A stretch of DNA of 64,000 nucleotides from contig CAVSOL010000002.1 in the NCBI GenBank assembly GCA_963729535.1, positions 771,503 to 835,502 of the forward strand, written 5' to 3'. The DNA comes from an uncultured Pseudomonadota bacterium. GTDB taxonomy: Bacteria > Myxococcota_A > Polyangia > Fen-1088. The translations under genes were made by a program, and so were the position numbers. Below, in pieces: positions 31,839-42,902 of the stretch (position 1 is its first letter; each line of letters opens with the position of its first letter). Under the pieces are notes generated by a model. That model had not been told where the DNA came from, made no database searches, and saw only the letters and a list, made by a program, of their open reading frames with translations.

Positions 31839-32810
31839 ATGCGCATCGTCATCCTCGACAGCTTCGCCGCCGATCAGGGAGACGTCGACGGCTTCTGGGC
31901 GGGGCTGCGCGCGCTCGGCGAGCTGGAGGTGTTCGCGCGCAGCGACGACGACGCCGTCGTGGCGCGCTGCCGCGGCGCGGACGCCGCGCTGACCAACAAG
32001 GTGCCGTTTCCGGCCGCGCGCTTCGCCGCGCTGCCCGGGCTGCGCTACGTCGGCGTGCTGGCGACCGGCACGAACATCGTCGACGTCGACGCGGCGCGCG
32101 CGGCGGGCGTGGCGGTGACCAACGTTCCCAGCTACGCGGCGGCGGCCGTCGCGCAGCACGTGATGGCGCTGGTGCTGCAGTTTTCACAGGACGTCGCCGG
32201 CCACACGGCGGCCGTGAAGGCGGGCGCGTGGGCGGCGTCGCCGGACTTCTGCTTCTTCACCAGGGAGATGTTCGAGCTGGCGGGGAAGACGCTCGTGCTG
32301 GTCGGCAGCGGCGCGATCGGCGGCGCCGTCGCGCGCATCGCGGAGGCGTTCGGAATGCGCGTCGTGCGCGCCGCGGTGCCGGGGTCACCGCCGCGCGCGG
32401 GACAGTCGCGCACGCCGCTGCTGGAGGCGCTGCCTGTCGCTGACGTCGTGTCGCTGCATTGCCCGCTGACCGAGGCGACGCGTGGCATGGTCGACGCGCG
32501 TTTCCTGATGGCGATGAAGCCGGGCGCGATCTTGATCAACACGGCCCGCGGCCCGCTGGTGGACGAGGCGGCGCTGATCGCCGCGCTGGCCAGGGGCAGG
32601 CTGGGGGGCGCGGGGCTGGACGTGCTGGGCGAGGAGCCACCGCCGGCCGATCACCCGCTGTGCGACGCGCGCGCGCCGTGGGCCAACCGCGTCGTCGTCA
32701 CGCCCCACATCGCGTGGGGCGCGATCGAATCGCGGCTACGACTGGCCGCCGAGGCGACCGAGAACCTGCGCGCGTTCGTCGCCGGCCAGCGCCGCAACCG
32801 CGTCGACTGA
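31839..32810 (+). CDS. D-2-hydroxyacid (glycerate-type) dehydrogenase
   Basis: 323 aa. It has the NAD motif LVLVGSGAIGGAVA, the catalytic region INTARGPLVDE, and TPHIAW. Confidence 0.9.
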   Translation: MRIVILDSFAADQGDVDGFWAGLRALGELEVFARSDDDAVVARCRGADAALTNKVPFPAARFAALPGLRYVGVLATGTNIVDVDAARAAGVAVTNVPSYAAAAVAQHVMALVLQFSQDVAGHTAAVKAGAWAASPDFCFFTREMFELAGKTLVLVGSGAIGGAVARIAEAFGMRVVRAAVPGSPPRAGQSRTPLLEALPVADVVSLHCPLTEATRGMVDARFLMAMKPGAILINTARGPLVDEAALIAALARGRLGGAGLDVLGEEPPPADHPLCDARAPWANRVVVTPHIAWGAIESRLRLAAEATENLRAFVAGQRRNRVD

Positions 32811-32825
32811 CGCGATCGACGCGCG

Positions 32826-33248
32826 CTACTCGCCCGACAGCGTGACGACGATGGTGCGCGCGCCGCCGTTGTCGCGGTGCTCGCCGAGGTAGATCCCCTG
32901 CCAGGTGCCGAGCGCGAGGCGTCCGTTGCGAATCGGCACCGTCACCGACGTCCCGGCCACCACCGCCTTGATATGCGCGGGCATGTCGTCGGGGCCTTCG
33001 GTGGTGTGCTCGAAGTAGGGCGCGTTTTCCGGAACGGCGCGCGAGAACCAGCGCTCCATGTCGCCGCGCACATCGGGATCTGCGTTCTCGTTGATCGCCA
33101 GCGACGCCGACGTGTGCTGGATGAAGACGTGTGCCAGCCCCACCTTGAACTGCGCGAGCTCGGGAAGCCCCGCGACAACCTCTTTCGTGACAAGGTGGAA
33201 TCCGCGCGACCGCGGCTTCAGACGGATCTCAGTTTGGTACCAGCGCAT
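32826..33248 (-). CDS. yjbQ: YjbQ/UPF0047 family protein (secondary thiamine-phosphate synthase-like)
   Basis: It has MRWYQTEIRLKPRSRGFHLVT.., HTSASLAINENADP and HIKAVVAGTSVTVPI. The ORF track extends to a GTG at 33278; I chose the ATG at 33248. Confidence 0.85.
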   Translation of the reverse strand: MRWYQTEIRLKPRSRGFHLVTKEVVAGLPELAQFKVGLAHVFIQHTSASLAINENADPDVRGDMERWFSRAVPENAPYFEHTTEGPDDMPAHIKAVVAGTSVTVPIRNGRLALGTWQGIYLGEHRDNGGARTIVVTLSGE

Positions 33249-33391
33249 CTTCGCGCTGTGAGATCTAACACGTGACACGGCGCACCCGATCCACGCGCAA
33301 AGGTTGCGAAATTTCGATTCGGCACTTTAATGATTCAGCCACTTGCTGCGTCCAATGGCGCAGACGAGCAAACCGCTCCGAAGGAGACCGC

Positions 33392-33985
33392 ATGAAATCC
33401 GCTAAGCCCCTGGCCCTCGCGTTCGGCATCACGCTGGCGACGCTGCTCGCCAACGCCCCGAGCGCGCACGCGCAATACGGTTATCCGCCGCCGCCGCCGC
33501 CACGAGGCATGTATCGCGGCGGACTGACGTTCGGCGGCTCGGTGGGCGGGGGCACGATCTCCTCGAATGACTGCGGCGGCGTATTGCGGCGGCGCGGGGA
33601 TGATCGAAGGGCACATCGGCGGCATGCTCAACCCCCGGCTGGCGCTGATGGGGGACTTCTGGGGCGGCGCGCACCCGTGGGACGACGGCTACGGCACCGG
33701 CACGACCTTCCAGGGCATCTACACCGTCGCGCTGCAGTACTGGGCAACGCCGATCCTCTGGCTCAAGGGAGGCCTCGGGTTCGCCAATCTGCAGTTCGGC
33801 TATGACGGCTCGGCCGGCATCGGCGACGAGAGCGGGCCCGGCTGCCATGGCGGCGATCGGCGTCGAGGTCTTGCAGTCCTATAACTTCGCGCTCGATCTG
33901 CAGTTCCGTCTCGGCCATGGCTTCTACAGCCAGGGACCGCGACGTCAACAACGTCGCATTCATGATCGGCCTCAACTGGTACTGA
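33392..33985 (+). CDS. Small outer-membrane beta-barrel-like protein (three frame breaks)
   Basis: An AAGGAG at 33381..33386 precedes the ATG at 33392. The signal peptide is MKSAKPLALAFGITLATLLANAPSAHA. Alternating-pattern strands continue in other frames (..MIEGHIGGMLNPRLALMGDFWGG.., ..AAIGVEVLQSYNFALDLQFRLGHGFY..). The end reads AFMIGLNWY, with the stop at 33983-33985. Breaks lie near 33580, 33840 and 33938. Confidence 0.5.
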
Positions 33986-34035
33986 CCGACCACGATTGAC
34001 AGCAACCGGTCGCGCGCGCCGCCGAACATGACGGC

Positions 34036-36492
34036 GTGCGCCTGGTTGCCTGGTGCGTCGCGTTCGTCGCCGGCGACGCGTGTGCGCTGACGGGCGCGCT
34101 CGGCTGGCGGTCGGGCGTCGCGGCGGCGGTGGTCGCGGCGCTGGCGATCGTGGTCGCGCGCGGGCGGCGTGCGGCCGTCGTCGCGACGATTGTGTTCGCC
34201 GCCGCGGGTGCGGTGCTGGGGGCGCGGGCTGCGCGGCCGACCGAGCTGCACCCGGTGCTGGCCGCGGTGATCGCGCGCGACGACCGGAAGGCGAACGTCG
34301 TCGAGGGCAAGGTGGCTCGCGGCCCCGAGAGCACCGGCTCCGGGGCGCGCCTCGTCGTCGCGCTGACCAGCATCGACGGCGCGTCGGCCGCGGGGACGCT
34401 GGCGCTGTCGGTCGCGCGCGGGTGGCCCGACTTCGGACCGGGCGAGACGATCGCGTGCACGGCGCGGCTGCGCGCGCTGCGCGGCACGCGCAACCCCGGG
34501 CTCCCCGATCCGACGCTGGGGCTACGCGCCGCGGGCATCGACGCGCTGGCCGGCGTCGGGGAGGCGGCGAAGATCACGCGCGTCGCCGAGCCGGACGGCA
34601 CCGGCCCGCGCCGCGCCGCCTTCGTCGCGCGGCGGGCGATGCGCGCCGCGATCGATCGCGGCGTCAGCGGTGAAGCCGCCGCGTTCCTGAAGACTGCCGT
34701 GCTGGGCGACCGGCGCGGCATCAGCGCCGACGTCGAGGAGGGGTTTCGCGTCGCCGGGGCGACCCACGTGCTGTCGGTGTCGGGGCTGCACCTGGCGGCG
34801 GTGGCCGCGCTGCTGTTCGTGCTCGTGCGCGCGGCGGCGGTGCGGGTGCCGCGGCTTCCGCTCTACGTCGACCCGCGCGCGGTCGCCGCCGCGGTGGCGC
34901 TGCCGTCGATCGCGTTCTTCGCGCTGCTGACCGGCGAGGCGGTCGCCACGCTGCGCTCGGCGCTGATGTTGTCGCTGGCGATGGCGGCCTTCCTGGTCGG
35001 CAGGCGCGCGTCGCCCGGGCCGGCGATCGCGGCGGCGGCGCTGGTGCTGCTGGCGGCGCGCCCGCTGCAGCTCCTGGACGTGTCGCTGCAGCTGTCGCTG
35101 GCGTCGGTCATCGGCATCGCCCTGTGCGCGCGCGGCATCGGGCCCGTGCCCGACGGCGACGGCGGTCGCCCGGGCGGCCGCGCGCTCGCCTGGCTGTGGC
35201 GGTTCGCGGCCGCCACGGCTGCCGCCACCGCGGCGACCGCGCCACTCGTCGCGCATCACTTCGGCGAGGTGGCGCCGCTGGCGCCGCTCGGCAACCTGGC
35301 GCTGGTGCCGCTGGTCGAGCTGGGCGTCGTTCCGGCGGGGTTGCTCGGCGCGGCGGCCGGCGCGATCTGGGAGCCGCTGGGCCGGCTGCCGTTGGCGGTG
35401 GCGGCGCTGGCGGCACGGGCGGCGTTGTGGATCGCGGCGGGCTTCCGCGGCCACGCGCCGCTGTGGCTGTGCCGGACGCCGAACGCGCTGGAGACGGCGG
35501 CGCTCACGGCGGCCGGTTGCGTCGCGCTGATCGCGATCGCGGCGCGCGGCCGGCCACGACGCGTCGCCGCGGTCGCCGCGCTGGCCGCCGCCGTGCTGGC
35601 CGCCGGCAGCCTGGTGGTGCGCGACGTGGTTCGACGGAGCGCGCGCGATTTGAATGTGACGTTCCTGGACGTCGGCCAGGGCGACGCCGCCGTGGTCGAA
35701 GCCCCCGGCGGCGCGGTCATGCTGGTCGACGGCGGCGGGGTACGCGACGGCGCCTTCGATCCGGGGGCGCGCATCGTCGAGCCGTTCCTGCGCGCGCGCG
35801 GCATCGGCCGCGTCGACATCGTCGCGCTGTCGCACCCGCACCCCGACCACATGAGCGGGCTGTTCCGGATCATCGAGCGGTTTCCGGTCGGCGCGCTGTG
35901 GACCAGCGGCGACGACGGCCACAACCCGGAGTATGGCCGGCTGCTCGCCGTCGCCCGGAGGCGTGGTGTGCCGGCGCCGGAGGTCGCGGCGACGACCCTG
36001 GGCGGCGCCAGCATCGAACCGCTGGGCCCGTTTTCGGGCTCACACGCGGGCGAACGCATCGGCGCGCCCGAGGGGTTGACGGTCAACGACGCTTCGCTGG
36101 TGCTGCGGGTCGCGTTTTCCGGCCGTGGTGTTCTGTTCGCTGGCGATCTGGAGGCCGACGGCGAGGGGGAGCTCGTCGGACGGCGCGACGCCGGTCAGAC
36201 AGTCACGGCGGACATCCTGAAGGTGCCTCACCACGGCAGCCGCACGTCCTCCAGCGCGGAGCTGGTCGATGCGGTCGCGCCGGCGCTGGCCGTGATGTCG
36301 CTCGGCTGGCGCAACCAGTTCCGTTTCCCGGCGTCCGAGGTCGTCGCGCGCTACCAGACCCGCGGCGCGCGCGTGCTCCGCACCGACCGGGACGGCGCGA
36401 TCACGGTGACCATCCGGCCTGATGGGGTGATGGCGGTGCGCTGCGAACGCGGTTGCCCCGAGACGCAACCGGCGGGCGGCGGCGGCCGATGA
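34036..36492 (+). CDS. comEC: DNA internalization-related competence protein ComEC/Rec2
   Basis: 818 aa, intact. It has a polytopic competence domain (..GATHVLSVSGLHLAAV..) and a C-terminal metallo-beta-lactamase domain (VTFLDVGQGDAAVV..LSHPHPDHMSG..VPHHGS). Confidence 0.9.
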   Translation: MRLVAWCVAFVAGDACALTGALGWRSGVAAAVVAALAIVVARGRRAAVVATIVFAAAGAVLGARAARPTELHPVLAAVIARDDRKANVVEGKVARGPESTGSGARLVVALTSIDGASAAGTLALSVARGWPDFGPGETIACTARLRALRGTRNPGLPDPTLGLRAAGIDALAGVGEAAKITRVAEPDGTGPRRAAFVARRAMRAAIDRGVSGEAAAFLKTAVLGDRRGISADVEEGFRVAGATHVLSVSGLHLAAVAALLFVLVRAAAVRVPRLPLYVDPRAVAAAVALPSIAFFALLTGEAVATLRSALMLSLAMAAFLVGRRASPGPAIAAAALVLLAARPLQLLDVSLQLSLASVIGIALCARGIGPVPDGDGGRPGGRALAWLWRFAAATAAATAATAPLVAHHFGEVAPLAPLGNLALVPLVELGVVPAGLLGAAAGAIWEPLGRLPLAVAALAARAALWIAAGFRGHAPLWLCRTPNALETAALTAAGCVALIAIAARGRPRRVAAVAALAAAVLAAGSLVVRDVVRRSARDLNVTFLDVGQGDAAVVEAPGGAVMLVDGGGVRDGAFDPGARIVEPFLRARGIGRVDIVALSHPHPDHMSGLFRIIERFPVGALWTSGDDGHNPEYGRLLAVARRRGVPAPEVAATTLGGASIEPLGPFSGSHAGERIGAPEGLTVNDASLVLRVAFSGRGVLFAGDLEADGEGELVGRRDAGQTVTADILKVPHHGSRTSSSAELVDAVAPALAVMSLGWRNQFRFPASEVVARYQTRGARVLRTDRDGAITVTIRPDGVMAVRCERGCPETQPAGGGGR

Positions 36493-36498
36493 CCCGAC

Positions 36499-37602
36499 AT
36501 GCCACCTGCCGAAACGTATCCGCTGCCCCTGCTGCTCGCGACGTCGATGGCGGTCCTGCTCGCGGGCGCCTGCGCGACCTCCGCCAGGCGGTTGCAGCCG
36601 CGCGCCCTCGAGCTGCAGGCCTCGGGGGTCCAGGCGCTGGGGCGCGGGGAGCTCGATCGCGCGGCGGGCCATTTCGCGCTCGCGCTGGAGTTCGAGCCGC
36701 GGCTGGGCGAGGCGGAGAACGGCCTCGGCCTGGTGGCGGTGCGCCGGGGAGACTGGACACGCGCCGAGGAGCGGTTTCGCGCCGCGCTGGCGATGAACGA
36801 GGAGCTGGCGGAAGCCCACGCCAACCTCGCCTCCGTGCTGCTGCACCGAGGTGACCATGACGCGGCGCTGATCGAGGCACGCGCCGCGCTGGCGATCGAT
36901 CCCGGCTACGCGGACGCGCGGCTGATCGTCGGCGAGCTGCTGCTGCGCCTCGGGCAGCTCGACGACGCGCGCTGGGAGCTGGAGAAGCTGTGCGCGGCGG
37001 CGCCCGAGCGGGCCGATGCGCGGGCCGCCAGCGCGCTGGTGCTGGCGCGGCTGGGACGCATCGCCGCGGCCGAAGACGAAGCGCGCGCCGCGCTGGCCAT
37101 CGATCCCATGCAGCCGATGGCGCACCGGGCACGCGCGGAGATCCTGCGCCGCAGCGGCGACCTCGACGGCGCCGCCGACGAGCTGGCGGGGTTGATCGCG
37201 GCCAACCCGGGCTCGATCGACGACCGCCTCGCTCACGCCACGATCATGGCGGCCCGGGGAGCGTGGAACGAGGCGGCGCGAGCGCTGGCGACCCTGGCCA
37301 GCGCGGCGCCGCGGCGTCCCGAGGTCCGCTTCGCGCTCGGCTTCGTCGCCCTGCGGCGGGACGACTTCCGCCTGGCGCTGCAGGAGGCTGACGCGGCGCT
37401 GGCCCTGCGCCCGCGCTATCCAGAGGCGAAGCTCGTCCGCGCCGAGGCGCTCGCCCGGCTGGGCCGTGGCGGCGAGGCGCGGCAACAGCTGGCGACGCTC
37501 GAGGTGGACGCTGTGCCCGAGCTGGCCGCCGAGATAACCGCAGAGAAGGAAAGGATCGAACACACGCTTCGACGCGGGAGCGCGCTACTTGAGATAAAGT
37601 AG
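36499..37602 (+). CDS. TPR-repeat lipoprotein
   Basis: It begins MPPAETYPLPLLLATSMAVLLAGAC (lipobox), followed by about 8 TPR-like units. There is a 6-nt gap after comEC. Confidence 0.85.
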   Translation: MPPAETYPLPLLLATSMAVLLAGACATSARRLQPRALELQASGVQALGRGELDRAAGHFALALEFEPRLGEAENGLGLVAVRRGDWTRAEERFRAALAMNEELAEAHANLASVLLHRGDHDAALIEARAALAIDPGYADARLIVGELLLRLGQLDDARWELEKLCAAAPERADARAASALVLARLGRIAAAEDEARAALAIDPMQPMAHRARAEILRRSGDLDGAADELAGLIAANPGSIDDRLAHATIMAARGAWNEAARALATLASAAPRRPEVRFALGFVALRRDDFRLALQEADAALALRPRYPEAKLVRAEALARLGRGGEARQQLATLEVDAVPELAAEITAEKERIEHTLRRGSALLEIK

Positions 37603-37613
37603 CTGCGCTTCCG

Positions 37614-38771
37614 ATGCCGGTGCGGTTGCGCGTAGTGCCAGGCCCTGCAAGTCCCAATGGGAGCGCCAGTGGCGAGCGCAGCCCCGTGGCCGAACGCAGC
37701 ATCGAGTTCGCCGACGACGTCGCCGAGATCCGCATCGGCCGCCGCCCGGACCTGGAGCTACCGCTGCCCTTCAAGGCACTATCGGCGGTGCACGCGCGCC
37801 TGGTCCGCAAGCGCAAGAGCAACAGCGGCAACAACGCGAACGGGACCGACAGGCCCCTCGACACCTGGCTCATCGAGGACATGGGGAGCAAGAACGGCAC
37901 GTTCATCGGCAATGAACGGCTGGAACGCGGCGCGCAGCGCCCGGTCACGGCCGGGACGCGCATCGCGCTCGCGCACATCAACGTGGTATTCGACGGCCCG
38001 TCGCCGCGTATCACCGGGGCCGAGGGGACCGGGACCATCGCGCGGCGGTTGGTGAGCGATCTGTTCCTGGCGGCGCCCGAGACCAACGCCCCCACGCTGA
38101 CGGTGGTCGAGGGCCCGTCGAGCGGCAGCGTCCTGCGCCTGGTCGAGCGCGGCAAGGACTTCACCATCGGACGATCCAACAGCTGCGCGCTGTGCATCAA
38201 GGTGAACGAGCTGTCGCGCGAGCACGCCGCCTTCACTCGTGGATCGAATGGCGTCGTTGTCCGCGACCTCGGCTCGAAGAACGGCATTCAGGTCAACGGC
38301 GTGACGGTGAGCGAGACGCGTCTATCCGACGGGGCCGTGATCCAGATGGGCCCGATCAAGCTGCAGCTCGCGGACCCGGAGGATCGCTACATGCGCGACA
38401 TCGAGGCGCAGCAGGACAACCGCGTGTCGCGCGCGCCGTCGCCGGTCCCTACCCCCGCTTCGGCGCCCGCCCCGGCATTCACTGCGCCGGCGCCGATCGC
38501 CGCCGCCCATCCCCACGCGCCGAAGGCCGGCGCGACGGGCGGCGCGCGCAAGTCCCGATTTGCCCGCCCGAGCACGCCTGTTGCTTCTGCCGTGCTCGAC
38601 GAGCTGCACCCTGCGATCGCAGCCGCGATAGCCGCGGACCGGGTGCCGCAATCGATCATCGACGAGCGATCGCGTTCGGCGTTGCATAGCCCGCGCGGCG
38701 CGACGTTCGTCGCGGCGGCGGTGCTGGCCGGCATCCTCGCCGCCGTGATCGTGCTCGTACTCGGCGACTGA
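37614..38771 (+). CDS. Double-FHA-domain protein with a C-terminal membrane anchor
   Basis: FHA1 reads IRIGRRPD..EDMGSKNGTFIGN and FHA2 reads FTIGRSNSC..VRDLGSKNGIQVNG. A Pro/Ala-rich linker follows, and the terminal TM segment is FVAAAVLAGILAAVIVLVL. Confidence 0.85.
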   Translation: MPVRLRVVPGPASPNGSASGERSPVAERSIEFADDVAEIRIGRRPDLELPLPFKALSAVHARLVRKRKSNSGNNANGTDRPLDTWLIEDMGSKNGTFIGNERLERGAQRPVTAGTRIALAHINVVFDGPSPRITGAEGTGTIARRLVSDLFLAAPETNAPTLTVVEGPSSGSVLRLVERGKDFTIGRSNSCALCIKVNELSREHAAFTRGSNGVVVRDLGSKNGIQVNGVTVSETRLSDGAVIQMGPIKLQLADPEDRYMRDIEAQQDNRVSRAPSPVPTPASAPAPAFTAPAPIAAAHPHAPKAGATGGARKSRFARPSTPVASAVLDELHPAIAAAIAADRVPQSIIDERSRSALHSPRGATFVAAAVLAGILAAVIVLVLGD

Positions 38772-38804
38772 GTCGCCTAGCGGCGCTCGCGCGCTCGCTG
38801 TTAC

Positions 38805-40400
<1,596 letters not shown>

Positions 40401-40522
40401 GTGAGCGCGCGGAGACTACCATGTCGTGGGACCCTGGGAGGGTCCCACACCCCCGCGATGAGCTCGAGCGAGCGGAGCTCGCCCTCCGATCACGCGATCA
40501 CGCGATCGCGGGCGACGAGGGG

Positions 40523-41560
40523 TCAGGTCTTGCGGGCGCGCCCGGACTCGTACCACCACGACTGCCAGCGCTCGCGCGCGTGCTCGCGCTCGCGGCGCGG
40601 GAGGTCGAAGTGGTAGCCGAAGTATTCGCCGGTGATCCCGCGCAGCTCGCGCTCGGCGGCGGCACGCACCTGCTCTTCCTTGTGCGACAGCCCCTCGAAC
40701 AGCCATTCGACCCGATCGGCGTCGCGGTGCTTCTCCCACCAGGCCTGCCAGCGTTTGACCTTGCTGCCGAAGTCCTGCCCGGTCAGCTTGACCAGCTCGG
40801 ACCTGGCGGCTGCCGCCCCGGCGCCGACGAGCTGGCCGATCAACTTCGGGACCTCCGCTTTGCCCGCGGCGCTGGCCGCCGCCGACGCGGCCTTCAGCGC
40901 GGCCGTGGGGGCGGCGGCGGGCAAAGTGGGCAAAGTCGGTAGAACGGGCGACGTCGGCCCAGCCGCCGCTGCGGCGGGGGCAACAGGCGTTCGCCGCGGC
41001 AGCACCTCGACGCCGCGTTTCTCGTCAATCGCCACGGGCTTGATCTGCGACGTCTGCCACCGGCGCACCGGTTCGGCGCCGGCGATGCGCGCGAACAGCC
41101 GCAACAGGCGGGGCGGCATCGGCCGATCGAAGACGGCCTGGCGCACCGCCGCCAGGCGGACCTCCGGGACGATGTACAGGCTGAACGGCACGCCCAGCCT
41201 GGCCGACGCCGCGGCGAGCTCGGCGTGCGCGACCGGCTCGCCGCACAGCACCTGCAGCGCCCCGGCGTGGACGCCGACAGGAACCGCGCGGGCGCGCTCG
41301 GACCACACCCCGTCCAGCTCGATGACCGACCCGTCCGCGTTCACGCACTTGACCGGGCTCTCACACAGGGCGGCCTCGGGCAGCGGCAGTCCACTGGCCA
41401 CGCCCATCTCGGCCCACAGCGCGGGCTCGTCGAGCACGTCCATCTCGAGCACCGCGGTGTCCAGCGCGCCGCCGTAGACCGCCTGACGCGCGATCGCCGC
41501 CTGCACGGTGTCGGCCGCGATCCCCACGTCCAGCAGCCGATCGGAGAGCCGCGAGGCCAT
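40523..41560 (-). CDS. Hypothetical protein with T2SSE_N/MshEN-like N-terminal domain(s) and a Trp-rich C-terminal helical region
   Basis: 345 aa. The N-terminus RLSDRLLDVGIAADTVQAAIARQAVYGGALDTAVLEM resembles GspE-N type domains. The C-terminus reads KRWQAWWEKHRD..ERWQSWWYESG. Confidence 0.55.
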   Translation of the reverse strand: MASRLSDRLLDVGIAADTVQAAIARQAVYGGALDTAVLEMDVLDEPALWAEMGVASGLPLPEAALCESPVKCVNADGSVIELDGVWSERARAVPVGVHAGALQVLCGEPVAHAELAAASARLGVPFSLYIVPEVRLAAVRQAVFDRPMPPRLLRLFARIAGAEPVRRWQTSQIKPVAIDEKRGVEVLPRRTPVAPAAAAAGPTSPVLPTLPTLPAAAPTAALKAASAAASAAGKAEVPKLIGQLVGAGAAAARSELVKLTGQDFGSKVKRWQAWWEKHRDADRVEWLFEGLSHKEEQVRAAAERELRGITGEYFGYHFDLPRREREHARERWQSWWYESGRARKT

Positions 41561-41567
41561 GAGCCTT

Positions 41568-42107
41568 CTACGGCTCGTCGATGATGACGTACGTGCCGGC
41601 CAGGTGATCGTGCAGCGCGCGGTGCTCGCGATCGAACAGCGCCCACAGCCAGCCGAGGCCTGCCGGCAGCAAGCTGGGCACCAGCGCCAGCAGGCGCAGC
41701 AGGCCGCGCGCTGGACCAGGCGCCCGGCCGCGGAACGAGATGAGGCGGATCCCCATCAGGCGCATGCCGGGGGTCTGCCCCGACATGCCGCCGAAGTAGA
41801 GCTGGTAGAGGCCCGCCATCCCCAGGAACAGGCCGACGGCGCCGACCGCCATCGGGTTGCGATCGAGGATGCCGGCGACCAGCAGGTCGGGGCCGAGCTC
41901 GCGCAGCCCGGGGATCGGGACGCCCAGCGCCAGCGCCATCGCGACGGTCACGGCGCTGGTCAGGGCGAGCAGCAGCGCAAGGTCGGTGAGCGCGGCGACG
42001 GCGCGCCGCGGGAAACCGGTGACGCGCACCCGCACGACACGCTCCGCACGCGAGCGGGAGGACGACGGGGCTGACGATTCGGGCATGGTCACTGCTGCGG
42101 CGGTCAC
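41568..42107 (-). CDS. RDD family membrane protein
   Basis: It has RRAVAALTDLALLLAL.., GQTPGMRLMGIRL and ALHDHLAGTYVI, as expected for an RDD domain. Confidence 0.8.
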   Translation of the reverse strand: MTAAAVTMPESSAPSSSRSRAERVVRVRVTGFPRRAVAALTDLALLLALTSAVTVAMALALGVPIPGLRELGPDLLVAGILDRNPMAVGAVGLFLGMAGLYQLYFGGMSGQTPGMRLMGIRLISFRGRAPGPARGLLRLLALVPSLLPAGLGWLWALFDREHRALHDHLAGTYVIIDEP

Positions 42108-42161
42108 ACGTGCATTTTGCGGAGACCGGCTGCGGACTTCAAGTTTACGCTCGACGCAACT

Positions 42162-42902
42162 TCAGGGAACTGGCGGCGTGGGGAGCTGGAGATCCCGCAC
42201 CAGCGCGACCGCAACCATGGCCGCGGTCTCGACGCGCAGGATGCGGTGACCGAGCGTGACCGTGTCGAAGCCGGCGTGCCGCGCCGCCTCCACCTCGGCA
42301 GCGGTGAAGCCACCTTCGGGGCCCACGAGCAACGCCGTCGGCTCGCCGCCGTCGGGTCGCGACCGGAGCGCGGTCCCCCCCTCCCCCTCCCACGCCATCA
42401 GGCGCCGGTGCGGCAGCTCGGGCGCCGCCAGCGCCGTGACGAGCGCGATCGGGGCGTCAACGTCCGGGACATCGGCCCGGCCGCACTGGCGGGCCGCCTC
42501 GCGCGCGATCTTCTCCCAGCGCCCGCGGCGCGTCGCGTCCGGACGAACGACAGAACGCTCCGTCAACACGGGCACGATGCGCGACACCCCCAGCTCGCAG
42601 GTCTTCTCCACCAGCAGGTCCATGCGCGCACCGCGCGGCACCGCCGTCAGCAACACCAGCAACGGCTCGCGCGGTGCGCCGCTGCGGGCGCTCGCCGCGC
42701 CGAGCAGCAGCTCCGTGTCCGTGCGCCCGACGCGCGTGATGCGCGCCTCGACCTCGTTGCCCACGCCGTCGAACAGCGTGACGGTGTCGCCCGGCTGAGC
42801 GCGCAGCACGCGCGCCAGGTGGCGATGATCGGCCGCCGTGATGGTGAGCCGCTCGGCCGTCAGCTTCGCCGGCGGCACGAACAGGCGGCGGCCCCGGGTC
42901 AT
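42162..42902 (-). CDS. rsmE: 16S rRNA (uracil1498-N3)-methyltransferase
   Basis: 246 aa, from MTRGRRLFVP.. It has LLVEKTCELGV, LLVGPEGGFTAAEV and LGHRILRVETAA. The ATG at 42902 overlaps the prmA stop. Confidence 0.9.
   Translation of the reverse strand: MTRGRRLFVPPAKLTAERLTITAADHRHLARVLRAQPGDTVTLFDGVGNEVEARITRVGRTDTELLLGAASARSGAPREPLLVLLTAVPRGARMDLLVEKTCELGVSRIVPVLTERSVVRPDATRRGRWEKIAREAARQCGRADVPDVDAPIALVTALAAPELPHRRLMAWEGEGGTALRSRPDGGEPTALLVGPEGGFTAAEVEAARHAGFDTVTLGHRILRVETAAMVAVALVRDLQLPTPPVP

Noticed and set aside
40521-40552. A GTCAGGTC..CCGGA string near ffh, considered as a possible SRP (4.5S) RNA.
   Set aside because: It lacks the conserved GGAAGGAAGCAGC-type domain IV core and any extended helix. 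It overlaps the 3' end of a protein-coding gene.
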